The notes beneath the pieces are model-generated. The model made no database searches. It was not told where the DNA came from and was given only the letters and a program-made list of their open reading frames with translations. Below, in pieces: positions 1 through 27,745 of a DNA stretch of 64,000 bases. Origin of the DNA: Malacoraja senta (taxonomy: Eukaryota); contig CM075999.1 in NCBI GenBank assembly GCA_038087875.1, positions 2,668,001 through 2,732,000 on the forward strand, in the 5' to 3' direction. Every line of letters begins with the position of its first letter. Within the stretch, counting starts at the first letter, position 1. Both the position numbers and the translations under genes were made by a program.

Positions 1-397
1 CCGTGTCTCTGGCGCTGTGAGGCAGCAACTCTACCGCTGCGCCACCGTGCCACCTTAATCGTATCATTAAATTTGTTTCTGGACGAGGTCCTTTTGCATT
101 AAAAGAATACAGGTCCTAGAGTCATAGATTCACAGAGTGATACAGTGGAAGCAGGCCCTTCAGCCCAACTTGCCCATGCCGCCCACTGATTTCCAGGCAC
201 GCTGGGTTCCTGAGACTTGCGGGATTATCCATTTTGCCGGACCAACAGAGGTCATGTAATAACAATTCAACAACAAACCTCTGGCCCACTGATTATACCA
301 CTCCCGTGTCTCTAAAGCACCTTGAAACCTAAATATGACAAATGTTAAATGTAAATTAAATGTGCTCATACTTAACACCTGCACCTTGCTCAGAAGC

Positions 398-633
398 AGA
401 CACAAAAAACCGGAGTAACTCAGCAGGACAGGCTGCATCTCTGGAGAGAAGGAATGGGTGACGTTTCGGGGTCGAGACCCTTCTTAGGTCTCTGGAGAGA
501 AGTCTGAAGAAGGGTCTCGACCCGAAACGTCACCCATTCCTTCTCTCCAGAGATGCTGTCTGTCCCGCTGAGTTACTCCAGCATTCTGTGTCTACCTCCC
601 ATGTAAGCCAGTATTTGCAGTTCCTTCCTACAT
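398..633. repeat. Inverted pair of Penelope-derived terminal repeats containing a minimal hammerhead core
   Basis: 398-484 is the reverse complement of ~507-593; CTGAAGA-AGGGTCTCGACCC-GAAACGTC at 504-531; same sequence family as the end of the Penelope element at 27745-27845. Confidence 0.75.
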
Positions 634-804
634 CTTGCTTAGATGCCATAGCTAGGGTTAAATGCACGCAAAATAAGCTAGGACTCGCACAAAACCAAGT
701 GATCACCACTAACAAGTTGCCACTAATGGGAGAGTCTAAGACCAGAGGCCACAGCCTCAGAAACAAAGGACGTACCTTCTGAAAGGAGATAAGGAGGAGA
801 TTCT

Positions 805-1250
805 CAGTTCAGTTCAGTTTAGTTTATTGTCACGTGTAACGAGCTACAGTGAAAAGCTTTTGTTGTGTGCTAACCAGTCAGCGGAAAGACAATACATGAT
901 TACAATGATTTACAGTGTATAGATACATGATAAGGGAATAACATTTAGTGCAAGGTAAAGCCAGTAAAGTCTGATCAAAGATAGTCCGAGGGTCACCAAA
1001 GAGGTAGATAGTAGTTCAGGACCGCTCTCTGGTTGTGGTAGGATGGTTCAGTTGCCTGATAACAGCTGGGAAGAAACTGTCCCTGAATCTGGAGGTGTGC
1101 GTTTGTTTTCACACTTCTGTACCTCTTGCCCGATGGGAAAAGGGAGAAGAGGGAGTGGCCGGGGTGTGACTGGTCATTGGTTATGCTGCTGGCCTTTGCT
1201 GAGGCAGCATGAGGTGTAGATGGAGTCGATGGAAGGAAGGTTAGTTTGAG
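805..1250 (-). mobile_element. Rex1/Babar-type LINE 3' fragment (abundant family; other copies ~20460-20700, 24180-24560, 54270-54900, 61605-61975)
   Basis: Degenerate 3' ORF end (…RRYRSVKTHTSRFRDSFFP type), conserved 3'UTR and (CTAAA/CTGAA)n tail. Confidence 0.65.
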
Positions 1251-1585
1251 TGTAGACCAGCATCCGCAGTTTCATGTTTCTCTGCAACATCAAACATGGG
1301 AACATGGGCATCCGACAGACATAGGACTGTCCTCCTGATTACATTTTATCTTTGTACGCCTCGTTGTCAACTTCCCGGAGCTAACAATGATCTATTCTAC
1401 ATTTTCCTTGATCCTCGTCACCTTTTACCTCTCGATTTCACACCTTGCCCATCCATATCTCTGTCACCCTCTCCCCTGACTCTCAGTCTGAAGAAGGCTC
1501 TCGACCAGAAACGTCACCCAATCCTTCTCTCCAGAGGCGCTGCCTGTCCCGCTGAGTTACTCCAGTATTTTGTGTTTATCTTTCA

Positions 1586-1907
1586 AGGGCCTGTCCCACT
1601 TAGGCGATTTTTTCCGGCGACTTGCCGGCACCCGTCATAGTCGCAGCAGGTGGCCGAAAATGTTCAACACGTTGAAAATCCAGCGGCGACCAGAAAAAGG
1701 TGGGCGACTACTCACGCCCGTACAGGCGTCACCCCGCGACATGTCGACACGTGACGCCTGTATGGTCGTGAGTAGTCGCCCCAAGAGCCGTACCTTTTTC
1801 TGGTCACCGCTGGATTTCCAACACGTTGAAAATTTTCGGCCACCTGCTGCGACTGTGACGGGTGCCGGCAAGTCGCCGAAAAAAATCGGGTAAGTGCGAC
1901 AGGCCAT
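1586..1907. mobile_element. Palindromic MITE, PIF/Harbinger-like
   Basis: TIR GGCCTGTCCCACTT...AAGTGCGACAGGCC; internally self-complementary; TWA-like flanks. Confidence 0.75.
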
Positions 1908-2349
1908 TTAGAATAAGCCTCTAGATATCTCTCTTGGTGCTGTTTATTTTTAAATGACTATGAAAGAAAAAAGACCGTCACTCTAAACACCGACACTTTT
2001 AGCAGGTGCCTAATTATCTACTTAGATTTACTCCAGTTTAAAATTCTACTGAGATTTCCAGCTTCACAAAGCTTGATTGTACTTAATGACAAACACAACT
2101 GGCATTTATAGGGCAGCTAGACATTGCACTTGCATCATTACAAACATCAACAAGCAGCTGGGGAACATGCTTAATCACTAGAAAGGGTTCTTTTATGCCC
2201 ATTCTAGTACAGAGCATTTCAATCAATTTGTCCCATTTCTGTTTCTCCAAACTCCGTTTTGAGGTCACACCATTTTTCACACTCTTGGATCTGTGTGGGC
2301 AAACTAGCATACTGTAGTTTATTGTTGAATCATTTAGTTTGGTCTCAAG

Positions 2350-3635
2350 CAGTGGTGGGGAACCTGCGGCCTTAAGGCCACATGCGGCTTTCTAGGCTAT
2401 TAAGTGCGGCCTTTTGTATGAATCCAAATTTTGTTGAACAAATCTTTTTATTATTATTAATATGTTTTTGTTCGTCTTTTATTATTTTTATTTTAATCTT
2501 AAAATGAACGTATTTAAAATACCAAAGTAAAAGAAGATTCAACGAAATAATCCTCCCCGACTGACGGCCACAATTAAAACATTAGTGAGTCATAGAAAAC
2601 ATTGAAAATCGGTGCAAGAGGAGGCCATTCGGCCCTTCGAGCCAGCACCGCATGTCATGAGGGCTATTTTAACAAAATAATGTATATTTTGAAGTGTATC
2701 TAATTGACGTTTCTTGGATGCGGCCTTATTATACAATACAATACAATACAATACCATTTATTATCATTTGAACCTCAAATGAAGTTCAAACGAAATTTGG
2801 TTTCTGCAGTCACACAACAAGAAAAGAACCAAGACACAACACAATTTACACAAACATCCATCACAGTGAATCTCCTCCTCACTGTGATCGCAGGCAAAGT
2901 CTTATCACTCCCCTACACTCCCCATTCTCCTCCCGATGTCAAAGTCAAAGCCCCCGGCGGGCGATGGTAAGTAAGTCCCGCGGCCATTCAGGCCGCGCCG
3001 GGCGATGCAAGGCCGCGCTCCGGGTCTTGATGTTGGAGCCCCCGGCGGGCGCTAGCAAGTCCCGCGGCCATTAAAGCCGCGCCGGGTGATGTAAGGCCCA
3101 GCTCCAGGTCATCTTCAACCCCGCAACTCGGGCGGGAGAAGTTGCCGTTGCGGTAGCTCCAAAAAGCGGTCTCCCACCAGGGACCCGCGAGCTCCCGATG
3201 TTACCGTCCACCAGACCCGCGGCTGGAGCTTCCAAATCTCCGGGGTCGGGTCGCAGCCGCGCGCCACCACAGCTCTCCACGCTCCGAACTCGGCCAGCCC
3301 CACGATGGTGAGTAGTCCGCAGGCTCCGCGACTAGAGCCCCAGGTCGTTCCGGTTGGAGGCCGCTCCACGGTGCTAGGCCCCAACGACAACGGAGACCCG
3401 ACAGGGAAAGGTCGGGTCCTCCATACAGGGAAACCCACCCCCCACCCAAACATACCCAGTTAAAAAAAAAACACTATACACTACACACTACACTCAAACG
3501 AGACAAAAAATAAAAAAAGACAGACGGACTGCAGAGGCCGCTGCGACGTGGGTCGTGCCGCCTATCTACAATCTGGTATTAGATTTGCAGCTAACTTAAT
3601 GCGGCATTCCACCATGAAAAGGTTCCCCACCCCTG
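2350..3635. mobile_element. Non-autonomous hAT (Charlie-like) element with nested insertions
   Basis: TIRs CAGTGGTGGGGAACCT / AGGTTCCCCACCCCTG; 8-bp TSD GTCTCAAG (2342-2349) / GTCTCGAG (3636-3643). Confidence 0.85.
2731..3562 (-). mobile_element. GC-rich non-autonomous retroelement with (TATTG)n tail nested in the hAT MITE
   Basis: Same architecture as 10410-11298: GC-rich head, T-rich stretch, GC-rich core and microsatellite tail. Confidence 0.65.
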
Positions 3636-5134
3636 GTCTCGAGATATAGCGTGGAAACAGGCCCGTCGGCCCACTCAGTCCAGGCCGATCGCCCAGGCTC
3701 GTCGGCCCACTGAGGCCGATCACCCATTCGCACTAGTTCTGTGTCATCCCACTTTCTCATCCACTCCCTACACACTAGGGGACAATTTACAGAGGGCCAA
3801 TTAACCTACAACGCCGCACGCCTTTGGGATGTGGGAGGAAACCGGGGGAAACCCATGCAGTCACAGGGAGGACGTACAAACTCCGGACCACAGGCAGCAC
3901 CCGTAGTCCGAATTGAACCCGGGTCTCTGGTGCTGTGAGGCAGCAAAGAGGCCGACGTTCGCTTGCACCTCCTCCAACCTCATCTACTGTATTCGCTAAA
4001 ATATCGACTGGGCAATCACCTTCGCTCAGTCTGCCTGGGCCTACGCGATCTCCCGATTACCAAACACTTTAATTCCCCTTCCCACACTGACCTTTCTGTC
4101 CTGGGCCTCCTCCACTCTCAGAGTGAGGCCCAGCACAAATTGGAGGAACAGCACCTCATATTTAGCTTGGGCAGCGGTGTGAATATTGATTCCGTTAAGG
4201 CGCTGTGCACACGGCCGCCAACCAACAGTCGTTTGTCTTTTTACTTTTTTCACTTTTAATTTACTTTAAATTTAATTTTAATTTCAAGTTTTCATCTAAC
4301 TTGTTGTGTGACTCTTGGCTGAACAATCTCCCTCCGGGGATGAATAAAGTTCTATCGTATCGCATCGTTTCTCTAACATCAAGTAACCCTTGCTTTCCCT
4401 CTCTCTCCGACCCTCCCCCACCTTAGTCACCGTACTAGTTTCACTGTCGTCCCGTCGAGTTTCACTGTCTTTATAACTCGTTATCATCTGGCCCACAGCC
4501 AACAATGGACCATTGTGGGCTCCACCTTTCCTTGATCATCGTTGCTTTTTTACATATCTTTCATTCATTTGTTCTATGTACCGCCTAAATTTCTCGTTTC
4601 CCTTTCCCCTGGTGCTCAGTCTGAAGAAGGGTCTCGACCGGAAATGTCATCTGTTCCTTTTATCCAGAGATGCTGCCTGACACGCTGAGTTACTCCAGCT
4701 TTTTGTGTCAATCTTCGGTGTAAACCAGCATCTGCTGTACCTTCCTACACACTCTACCAGTACGCCACTGTGACGCATGTAAGGACAGGTCAATAATTCC
4801 TTCAACCTAAGCCTTACACTTGTTCATCAGTTGATAAGGGATGGGAGCAGAATTAGGCCATTTAGCCCATCAAGTCTACTCCGCCATTCAATTATGGCTG
4901 ATCTATCTCTCCCTCCTAACCCCATTCTCCCGCCTTCTCCCCATAACCCCTGACACCCGTACTAATCAAGAATCTATCTATCTCTGCCTTAAAATATCCA
5001 TTGACTTGGCCTCCACAGCCTCCTGCGGCAATGAATTTCACAGATTCACCACCCTTTGACTAAAGAAATTCCTCCTCAGATCCATCCAAAAGGAACATCC
5101 TTTAATTCTGAAGCTATGGCCTCTTGTCCTAGAC

Positions 5135-5368
5135 CAGGGGTTCCCAACCTTTTTTGTCCCGTTTACCCCTGGCAACTTTAATAGCACATAACAATGTTAT
5201 TTCCCTTATTTATGAACAACTAATGATGAACGGTATACCGGTATACCAGAGCCAAACACAGTCAGTCAATGAGAACAAATATGTACAAATCCAGAATCAA
5301 CAAATTTACCCCTGGGTAGGCGATATTTACCCCCTGGAGGTAAATTTACTTCAGGTTGGGAATCCTTG
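5135..5368. mobile_element. hAT-type MITE inserted in a CR1 3' fragment
   Basis: TIR CAGGGGTTCCCAACCT / AGGTTGGGAATCCTTG; perfect 8-bp TSD TCCTAGAC (5127-5134, 5369-5376). Confidence 0.9.
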
Positions 5369-5603
5369 TCCTAGACTCTCCCCACTGGTGGAAATATCCT
5401 CTCCACATCCACTCTATCCAAGCCTAAGTTTAAATTGTTGTTGTTCGTCCTTCTAAACTTCTAAAATGTCAACTTCTTGCCTCTCCACCATGCAATGGAA
5501 AATATTATTTTATAACTTCTGATAGTTTTCTGTGGGCTCAATAAGGAAGAGAAAAAGATAATTAGATCAATTTTAAATGGTTCATTGTCAGCTATAAATG
5601 TTT

Positions 5604-6060
5604 GTGGCGGTACGGTGGTGCAGCGGGTAGAGTTGCTGCCTTACAACGCTTCCAGCGCCAGAGACCCGGGTTCGATCCCGACTACGGGCGCTGTCTGTAC
5701 GGAGTTTGTACGTTCTCCCCGTGATCGGCGTGGGTTTTCTCCGAGATCTCCGGTTTCCTCCCGCTCTCCAAAGCCGAACCGGTTTGTCGGTTAATTGGCT
5801 TGGTGTAAGTGTAAATTGTTCCCTAAGTCAAGTCAAGTCAAGTCAAGTCACTTTTATTTCTATAGCACATTTAAAAAACAACTCTCATTGACCAAAGTGC
5901 TTTACATTGGTGGAGGTGCTAAGGTACTAACTAAGTGTGTGTGTGTGTGTGTGTGTGTAGGATCGTGTCAATGTGCGGGGTGATCGCACGTTGGCGCGGA
6001 CTCGGTGGGCCGAAGGGGCCTGTTTCCGCGCTGTATCTCTAAACTAAGCTAAACCAAACT
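5604..6060 (+). mobile_element. HE1-type V-SINE with an internal ~110-bp insertion
   Basis: tRNA-like head (A box TGGTGCAGCGG, B box GGTTCGATCCC), V-domain, CR1/HER1-like tail GGGCCGAAGGG..CTGTTTCCGCGCTGTATCTCTAAACT. Confidence 0.85.
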
Positions 6061-6636
6061 AATAATAGACCGGCTCTTTGCCATCAGTCAGACGTGATAA
6101 ATGTATACGCAACTGAGACCGGTTCTACCCATCTCACAACTCCATGATTCACGACTTGTCCAGGCAGCATGTCAGGAGACGTCACCGCCTCACTTGACAT
6201 TTTCTCTCCGTGACGTACTTTCAGTCTGATGTTCCCAATTAAATCTGCCCTGTTCCGCACCGGTTCAGTGGTTCACAGTGACTGGATTCACGGGAGCCGA
6301 GACTGTCAAACATTTGACGAGCTTCTAATGGTGCAAGTCCACTCATCACCAGTGGAAGGGTCTGCAACGCTGGGCTCTGATTTCAAGTAATTGACAAACC
6401 CACCAGGGATTTTAAAAAAAGTGAGGTTCTTTAGTTCAGTTTAGATAGCAGGGACAGCAGGCAACAAAAGCTTTTCTCTCTACCTAATGTGTGTGTGTAG
6501 GATAGCGTTAATGTGCGGGGTGGTCGCTGGTCGCCGCGAACACTCGGTGGGGCCGAAGGGCCCGTTTCCGCGCTGTATCTCTAAACTAAACTAAACGAAA
6601 AATAGAGCACGTGACAATAAACTAAACTGAACTGAA

Positions 6637-6934
6637 TCGAGATACACCGCAGAAACAGGCCCTTCGGCCCACCGAGTCCGCGCCGACCAGCGATCCCCGC
6701 GCACAAACACTATCCTGCACACGCTAGGGACAATTTGCAATTAAACCAAGCCAATTAACCTACAAACCTGTACGTCTTTGGAGTGCGGGAGGAAACCGGA
6801 GCACCCGGAGAAAACCCACGCAGGTCACGGGGAGAAGGTACAAACTCCGTACAGACAGCACCCGTAGTCAGGATTAAAGCCGGGTCTATGGTGCTGTGAG
6901 GCGACAACTCTACCACTGTACCACCGTGCCGCCC
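6637..6934 (-). mobile_element. HE1-type V-SINE
   Basis: Full-length reverse-complement copy of the same SINE. Confidence 0.85.
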
Positions 6935-9444
6935 TATAGTCTTACAGTGCCGTGCTCTCTCCGATCCTTTCTGGGTGTGCCAACACACTTTGCAACCAAC
7001 GTACAGAACCAGCAGGGGGGATTGTTGGATTCTATTGGTGGTGGTGCAGCCTCGAGGAACTGTGAACCTCTGGAGATGTACGACGTCTAAAACATTAGAA
7101 GTTCATAAGTGATAGGAGCAGAATTAGGCCATTCGGCCCATCAAGTCTACTCCACCATTCAATCATGGCTGATCTATCTCTCCCTCCTAACCCCATTCTC
7201 CTGCCTTCTCCCCTGAAGTGAGAGAACAAATGGTTGTTAAAGTGTTAAACACCGGCAGTGTCACCTCACGTATCCTAAATAATGTTTAAACACTTCAACT
7301 CCCCCTCCCATTCCCACACTGACCTCTCTGTCCTGGGCCTCCTCCATTGTCAGAGTGAGGCCCAGCGCAAATTGGAGGAACAGCACCTCATATTTCGCTT
7401 GGGCAGTTTACTCCCCAGCGGTATGAACATTGACTTCTCAAACTTCAAGTAACCCCTGCTTTCCCTCTCTCTCCGTCCCTCCCCCACCCTAGTTCTCCGA
7501 CTAGTTTCACTGTCCTCCTGATTAATTTTACTCTTTGTCTGCCTCGATGTCATCTTCCCCTCAGCCAACAATGAACCATTCCACATTTCCTTATCATCAT
7601 CTGCTTTGATGTCATTTTCACACCTTACCTTTCCATATCTCCAGTTTCCCTCTCCCCTGACTCTCAGTCTGAAGAAGAGTCACGACCCAAAACGTCACCC
7701 GTTCCTTCTCTCCAGAGACGCTGCCTGTCCCGCTGAGTTACTCCAGCTTTTTTGTTTCTATCTTTGGCTTTTAGCCAGCATCTGCAGTTCCTTCCTGCAC
7801 CCTGCACAATGTCCATTTCTGCCTTATGGACACGTTAAGAGAACTCAGAGCATGGGAGGATGTCAGGTAAGTGTGGATATTCACAGGAACATAAACGGCG
7901 TCAAGATGAGGTGAATAATGAATGCAATATTTCCACCCTCCTGTTTCTTGACTGAAGGATGGATGAGTGGCTGTACCAGCTGTGTTGCCATGGAGATGGG
8001 AGACAAAAGGCACTTTATCAATCAATGCCTGTTGCAGTGAGCGCAGAGATTGATCGGCAAATTGCACAGTAACAGGCTCCTGACAGTCGGCTAAATTGTC
8101 CAGGCTTTTTCCTGGTGGTCTTCCAGGGAGAGTGGTGATAACATCATCTTCTATTCAAACAGAGCCTTTAACATGGGGGAATACTTCCCTCACGAGTGTT
8201 TAGTTTAGTTTAGTTTAGAGATACAGCGCGGAAACAGGCCCTTCGGCCCACCGAGTCCGTGCCAACCAGCGATCCCCGCACACCAACACTATCCTACACA
8301 ATAGGGACAATTTACAATTTTACCGAAGCCAATTAACCTACAAACCTGTACGTCTTTGGAGTGAGTGCTGGTCGATGTGTCGGCGATGGGGTTATTCTGA
8401 ACTAACTGAATCACGAGGAGATATTTGGGGCAAAGTCGGTCAAAGAAGTCAGTATTGTGGAACGTTACAAATCAAACCTGTACATCTTAAGAGTGTGAGA
8501 GGAAACTGGAGCATCTGGAGAAGACCCACGCAGGTCACAGGGAGAACGTGCAAACTCCACACAGACAGCACCCAGGGTCAAGATCAAATCTGGGTCTCTG
8601 GTGCTGTGAGGCAGCAGCTCCACCAGCTGCCCATGTTATTAAATTGCAGGTTCGCTTTCATTAAAAATTCCAGTGATGTGATTTGAACTAATTTCTCTGA
8701 ATTAATAGTTTGGAACTGTGGACATTTATCCAATCACGTGACGACTGCAGTGCCCCAGCCCGAACCCTCCATCACCAACGACCCAGACAAAAGGAACTGC
8801 AGAGGTTGGTTCACAAAAGAAGACACAAATTGCTGGAGTAACTCAGCATGGATAGGTGGTAATTCAGATGAGGACCCTTCTTCAGACAGACCTGAAACGC
8901 CACCTATTCACATTCTCCAGAGACGCTGCTTGTCCCGCTGCGTTACCCCAGCACTCTGTGTCTTTTTGATGTTTCGTAACTGCTAGTTAGAAATAGCCCG
9001 TGCGTGCATATTTAGAGTTGCACCCAGAAAAATCGGAATTGTTACCATTTGCGTTGGGAAAACGCCTAGGCGGTCCAAACTCTTGTGGGTATTTTCACAG
9101 GTTGAATTCGGGAGATGGCGTGTTGGTGCAGGTGCACACACTGAACCTATAGCATGGAACAGTACAGCACAGGAACAGGCCCTTCGGCCCACAATGTCAG
9201 TGCTAACATGATGCCAACTTAAACTGATCTCATCTGCTGTACTGGAGCCATACCCCTCCATTCCCTGCCCATCCATGTGCCTATCCAAAAGCATCTTAAA
9301 CACCACTATCGTATTTGCCTCCTCTGTCAATGCGTTCCAGGCACCCACCACCCTTTGTGTAAAAATCTTGCCCCACACATCGCCATTAAACTTTCCCTTC
9401 TCACGTTATAGCTATGCCCTCTCGTATTGGACATTTCCATCCTG

Positions 9445-9644
9445 NNNNNNNNNNNNNNNNNNNNNNNNNNNNNNNNNNNNNNNNNNNNNNNNNNNNNNNN
9501 NNNNNNNNNNNNNNNNNNNNNNNNNNNNNNNNNNNNNNNNNNNNNNNNNNNNNNNNNNNNNNNNNNNNNNNNNNNNNNNNNNNNNNNNNNNNNNNNNNNN
9601 NNNNNNNNNNNNNNNNNNNNNNNNNNNNNNNNNNNNNNNNNNNN
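9445..9644. other. Assembly gap (200 N)
   Basis: Run of exactly 200 n. Confidence 1.
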
Positions 9645-10409
9645 AGAGAACTGCAGATGCTGGAAAAATTGAAGGTAGTCAAAAATGCTGGAGAAACTCA
9701 GCGGGAGAGGCAGCATCTATGGAGCGAAGGATTGGGCGACTTTTCGGGTCGAGACCCTTCTTCAGACTTTCACTAATTGATACGTGTAACTCTTTACAAC
9801 GTCCAATTGGACAAATCTAGGATGTGATAAGGGTGTTACTAGGAGTTGAGGGCCTGAAACTGAAGAGAGAGGTTGGGCAGGTTAGGACTATTCGTATGGC
9901 TGTACAGTAATTCAAATCTCACTGTACCAACTGGTGCATGGGATAATAAATTAACTTGAACTTGCATCTGCAGTTCATTTTTATTACAAGGAACTGTGGA
10001 TATAGGTTTAAGGTGAGAGGGGAAAAGTTTAATAGGAACCTGAGATGCAACTTTTTTACTCAGAGGGTGATAGGTGTATGAACGAGGTAGTTGAGGCAGG
10101 TACTACAACAGCTTTTAAAAGCCATTGGGACAGGTACATGGATAGGACTTTGCTGGCTTTACCTGGCACTAAACGTTATTCCCTATCATGTATCTCTACA
10201 CTGTAAATGGCTCGATTGTAATCATGTATTGTCTTTCTGCCTGACTGGAAACTAAACTGAAACTGACAGGTGTAGAGGGGATATGGGCCAAACGCAGGCA
10301 GGTGGGACTAGTGTAGATGGGACATGTTGGTCGGTGTGGGCAGGTTGGGCTGAAGGGCCTGTTTCCCACGCTGTATCACTCTATGAAATAGCAAGACAAG
10401 TGTTACATC

Positions 10410-25062
<14,653 letters not shown>

Positions 25063-25415
25063 TCTAAATTAAAGAAATGAAATCACATAATTTCATTCAA
25101 AGTTGAAAAACCAACATAGTTTGAGTTTTTACTTTTGTGGAGGAACATGAGTTGGTGAGAGACACAATATGCTGGAGTAACTCAGCGGGACAGGCAGCAT
25201 CTCTGGAGAGAAGGAATGGGTGACGTTTCAAGTCGAGATCCTTCTTCAGACTGACTTCTTCAGACGTCGCTACCTAAAACATCACCCATTCCTTCTCTCC
25301 AGAGATGCTGCCTGTCCCGCTGAGTTACTCCAGCATTTTGCGTCTATCTTCGATTTAAACCAGCATCTGCAGTTCCTTCCTACACATGGAACGGTGATAC
25401 TCAGCCAAGGCTTAC

Positions 25416-25468
25416 CGTAAATCCAAATGCTGTCGTGATTAGCCCTGGGGTGAAATGATATCCCAAGT
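25416..25468 (-). other. Putative non-coding exon 1 (5'UTR) of the cathepsin gene
   Basis: Strong donor ACG|GTAAG (GT at 25415-25414). Inr-like TGCACTT with A at 25468, 31 nt from the TATA box. The next exon's acceptor (tttaatttag|A ATG) lies 1 nt before the ATG, so an upstream exon is required. Confidence 0.7.
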
Positions 25469-25596
25469 GCAGGGTTCGACCGAAGTCAAGTATTTTATAC
25501 ATCTGCACTTGCCATTTATGGCCTTTGGTCACAGAAATAAAAAAGAGGAAATGGGTGGGTCACATCAGTTTGTTTCTGAGCACATGATGACGTTAG
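25466..25596 (-). promoter_or_regulatory. Core/proximal promoter of the cathepsin gene
   Basis: TATAAAA on minus strand at 25499-25493; PU-box-like AAAAGAGGAAATG at 25541-25553; M-box TCATGTG (CACATGA, 25581-25587); adjacent CRE-like TGACGTTA. Confidence 0.6.
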
Positions 25597-26899
25597 GAAA
25601 TATACGAATCAACAAACTATTTCCAACATATATATTTCTAAATATTTTTGAGAAATACAAAAGGCTGCCACAGAAGGCTGTGGGGGTCGTCGGAGGATAT
25701 TTTTAAGGCAGAGATAGATAGATTCTTGATCAGTACGGGCATCAGAGGTGAAGGGGGCAAGGCAGGAGAATGGGGTTTGGAGGGAGAGAGAGAGAGATCA
25801 GCCATGATTGAATGGCGGAGTAGACTTGATGGGATGAATGGCCTAATTCTAGTCCTATTCCTTATCACCTTAAAAGAGAATAACAAAAATCATGCATCAT
25901 TTTATAAAGGGCTTCAAGAACTCACTGGGCCAGGCAGCATCTGGGACGAGAATCGATAGGCGATGTTTCAGGTTGGGACACTTCTTCAGACTGATTGTAG
26001 ATTGGGGGAGAAGGCTGGACCAGCCTGAAGCAAAGATACTAGAGGAGTATCCCTCCTCTAGTATCTTTGGTCTGAAGAGAGGTCCCGACTCAAAAGATCG
26101 CCTGTCCATTCCCTCCACACATGCTGCCTGACCTGCTGAGTTCCTCCAGCACTTAGCTCAAGATAAGTTTCAGATCAGTTTTGGCTTATTGTCACGTGCC
26201 AAGTCAAGTCACATTTATTCATATAGCACATTTAAAAAACAACTCTCGGTGGCCAAAGTGCTTTACATTTGTTATAAGAATAGCACAACAAAACAAACTA
26301 CATACATATATACATGTAGCCCTCACTCAGAGGACGTCAGGAAAGGCTTGGGAGTATAGATAAGGTTTTAGTCTTGACTTAAAAGAGTCGATGGAGGGGG
26401 CAGTTCTGATGGGAAGGGGGATGCTGTTCCACAGTCTAGGGGCTGCAACCGCAAAGGCGCGGTCGCCCCTGAGCTTATGCCTAGACCGTGGGATATTCAG
26501 CAACCCCAAGTCGGCCGATCTGAGGGGCCTGGAGGTGGAGTGGTGGGTGAGAAGACTTTTTATGTAGGTGGGGGCAAGCCCATTGAGGGCTTTGTAGACA
26601 TGGAGGAGGATCTTGAAGTTTATACGGAACCGCACAGGGAGCCAGTGGAGAGAGGCCAGGATCGGGGTGATGTGGTCCCTTTTTCGGGTGCCCGTCAGGA
26701 GTCTCGCTGCGGCGTTTTGGACCAGTTGCAGGCAGGACAGGGAAGATTGGCTGATGCCATTGTAAAGGGAGTTGCAGTAATCTAGGCGGGAGGAGATGAA
26801 TGTGTGGATGATCTTTTCAAGGTCATCAAACTGGAGGAATTGTTTTATTTTAGCTATCGTCCGAAGCTGAAAGAAGCTAGCTTTTACCACGGCATTGAC

Positions 26900-27745
26900 T
26901 TGTTCAAATAATAACGAAAGATACTTGGGAAGAAAGTTTACAACACATACATCAATGTTCATTAAATGCCAGACATTCTTTAATACAATTTAAAGTAATA
27001 CATAGGTTACATTATTCAAAAACAAAATTACATAAAATCTTTAGAAGCTAACTTATCTCATATGTTTGCAAAATGTATAAAAATAAAAAAATTCTGGGTA
27101 AATATTTTTAGTATAATATCTAAAGTGACCAGCACACAATTGGACCCGGATCCAAAATTAATAATACTCGGAACATTAGAATTAAATCAAACATTTACAA
27201 CAACACAAAGAAACTTTATTGATTATAGTATAATAACGGGAAAAAAATTAATTCTAAAATTTTGGAAAGGCCCTACGTCCCCCACAATCAAAATGTGGAT
27301 TATAGAAATGACGGAGACCTTAAACGTGGAAAGAATCAGATTATCCCTGTTGGACAAACAGGAATTATTCGTTGGAACATGGTCTCCCTTTATTGATTAT
27401 TTAAAGGGTCAGAATGGTTCAGCACAGGAACCTGACTAACACTCGGGCTAAAGAATGGATGAAATGCCATACTCTGAAATGTACGAATATATCTCGAATG
27501 AAGTTTTTTATTTTAATAAATTTTTCCATTCTTCTTTAACTATCTTTTTCTTTTCTGGTTTTTATTTTTTTTAATTTTTTTTTTCTCTCTCTTTTCTTCT
27601 CTCTCTTTTCTTTCTTTACTTCATCTATCTTTTTAGTTCTATCTAGTTTAAAAAAACAAAAAAAGGCAAAAGTTATTGGAGACAATGTAATAATAATTAA
27701 CAATATTATCAATTCAAAAATGTAAGACTGGTAATGATGTTAATA
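26900..27745 (+). mobile_element. L1-clade LINE 3' fragment
   Basis: AT-rich ORF2 C-terminus (KFW..IF..I, ILKFWKGPTSPTIKMWI, WSPFIDYL); homologous to 44760-45300. Confidence 0.8.

Noticed and set aside
9275..9820. ORFs of 81-181 aa around 9.3-9.8 kb
   Set aside because: Artefacts of translating through the 200-N gap.
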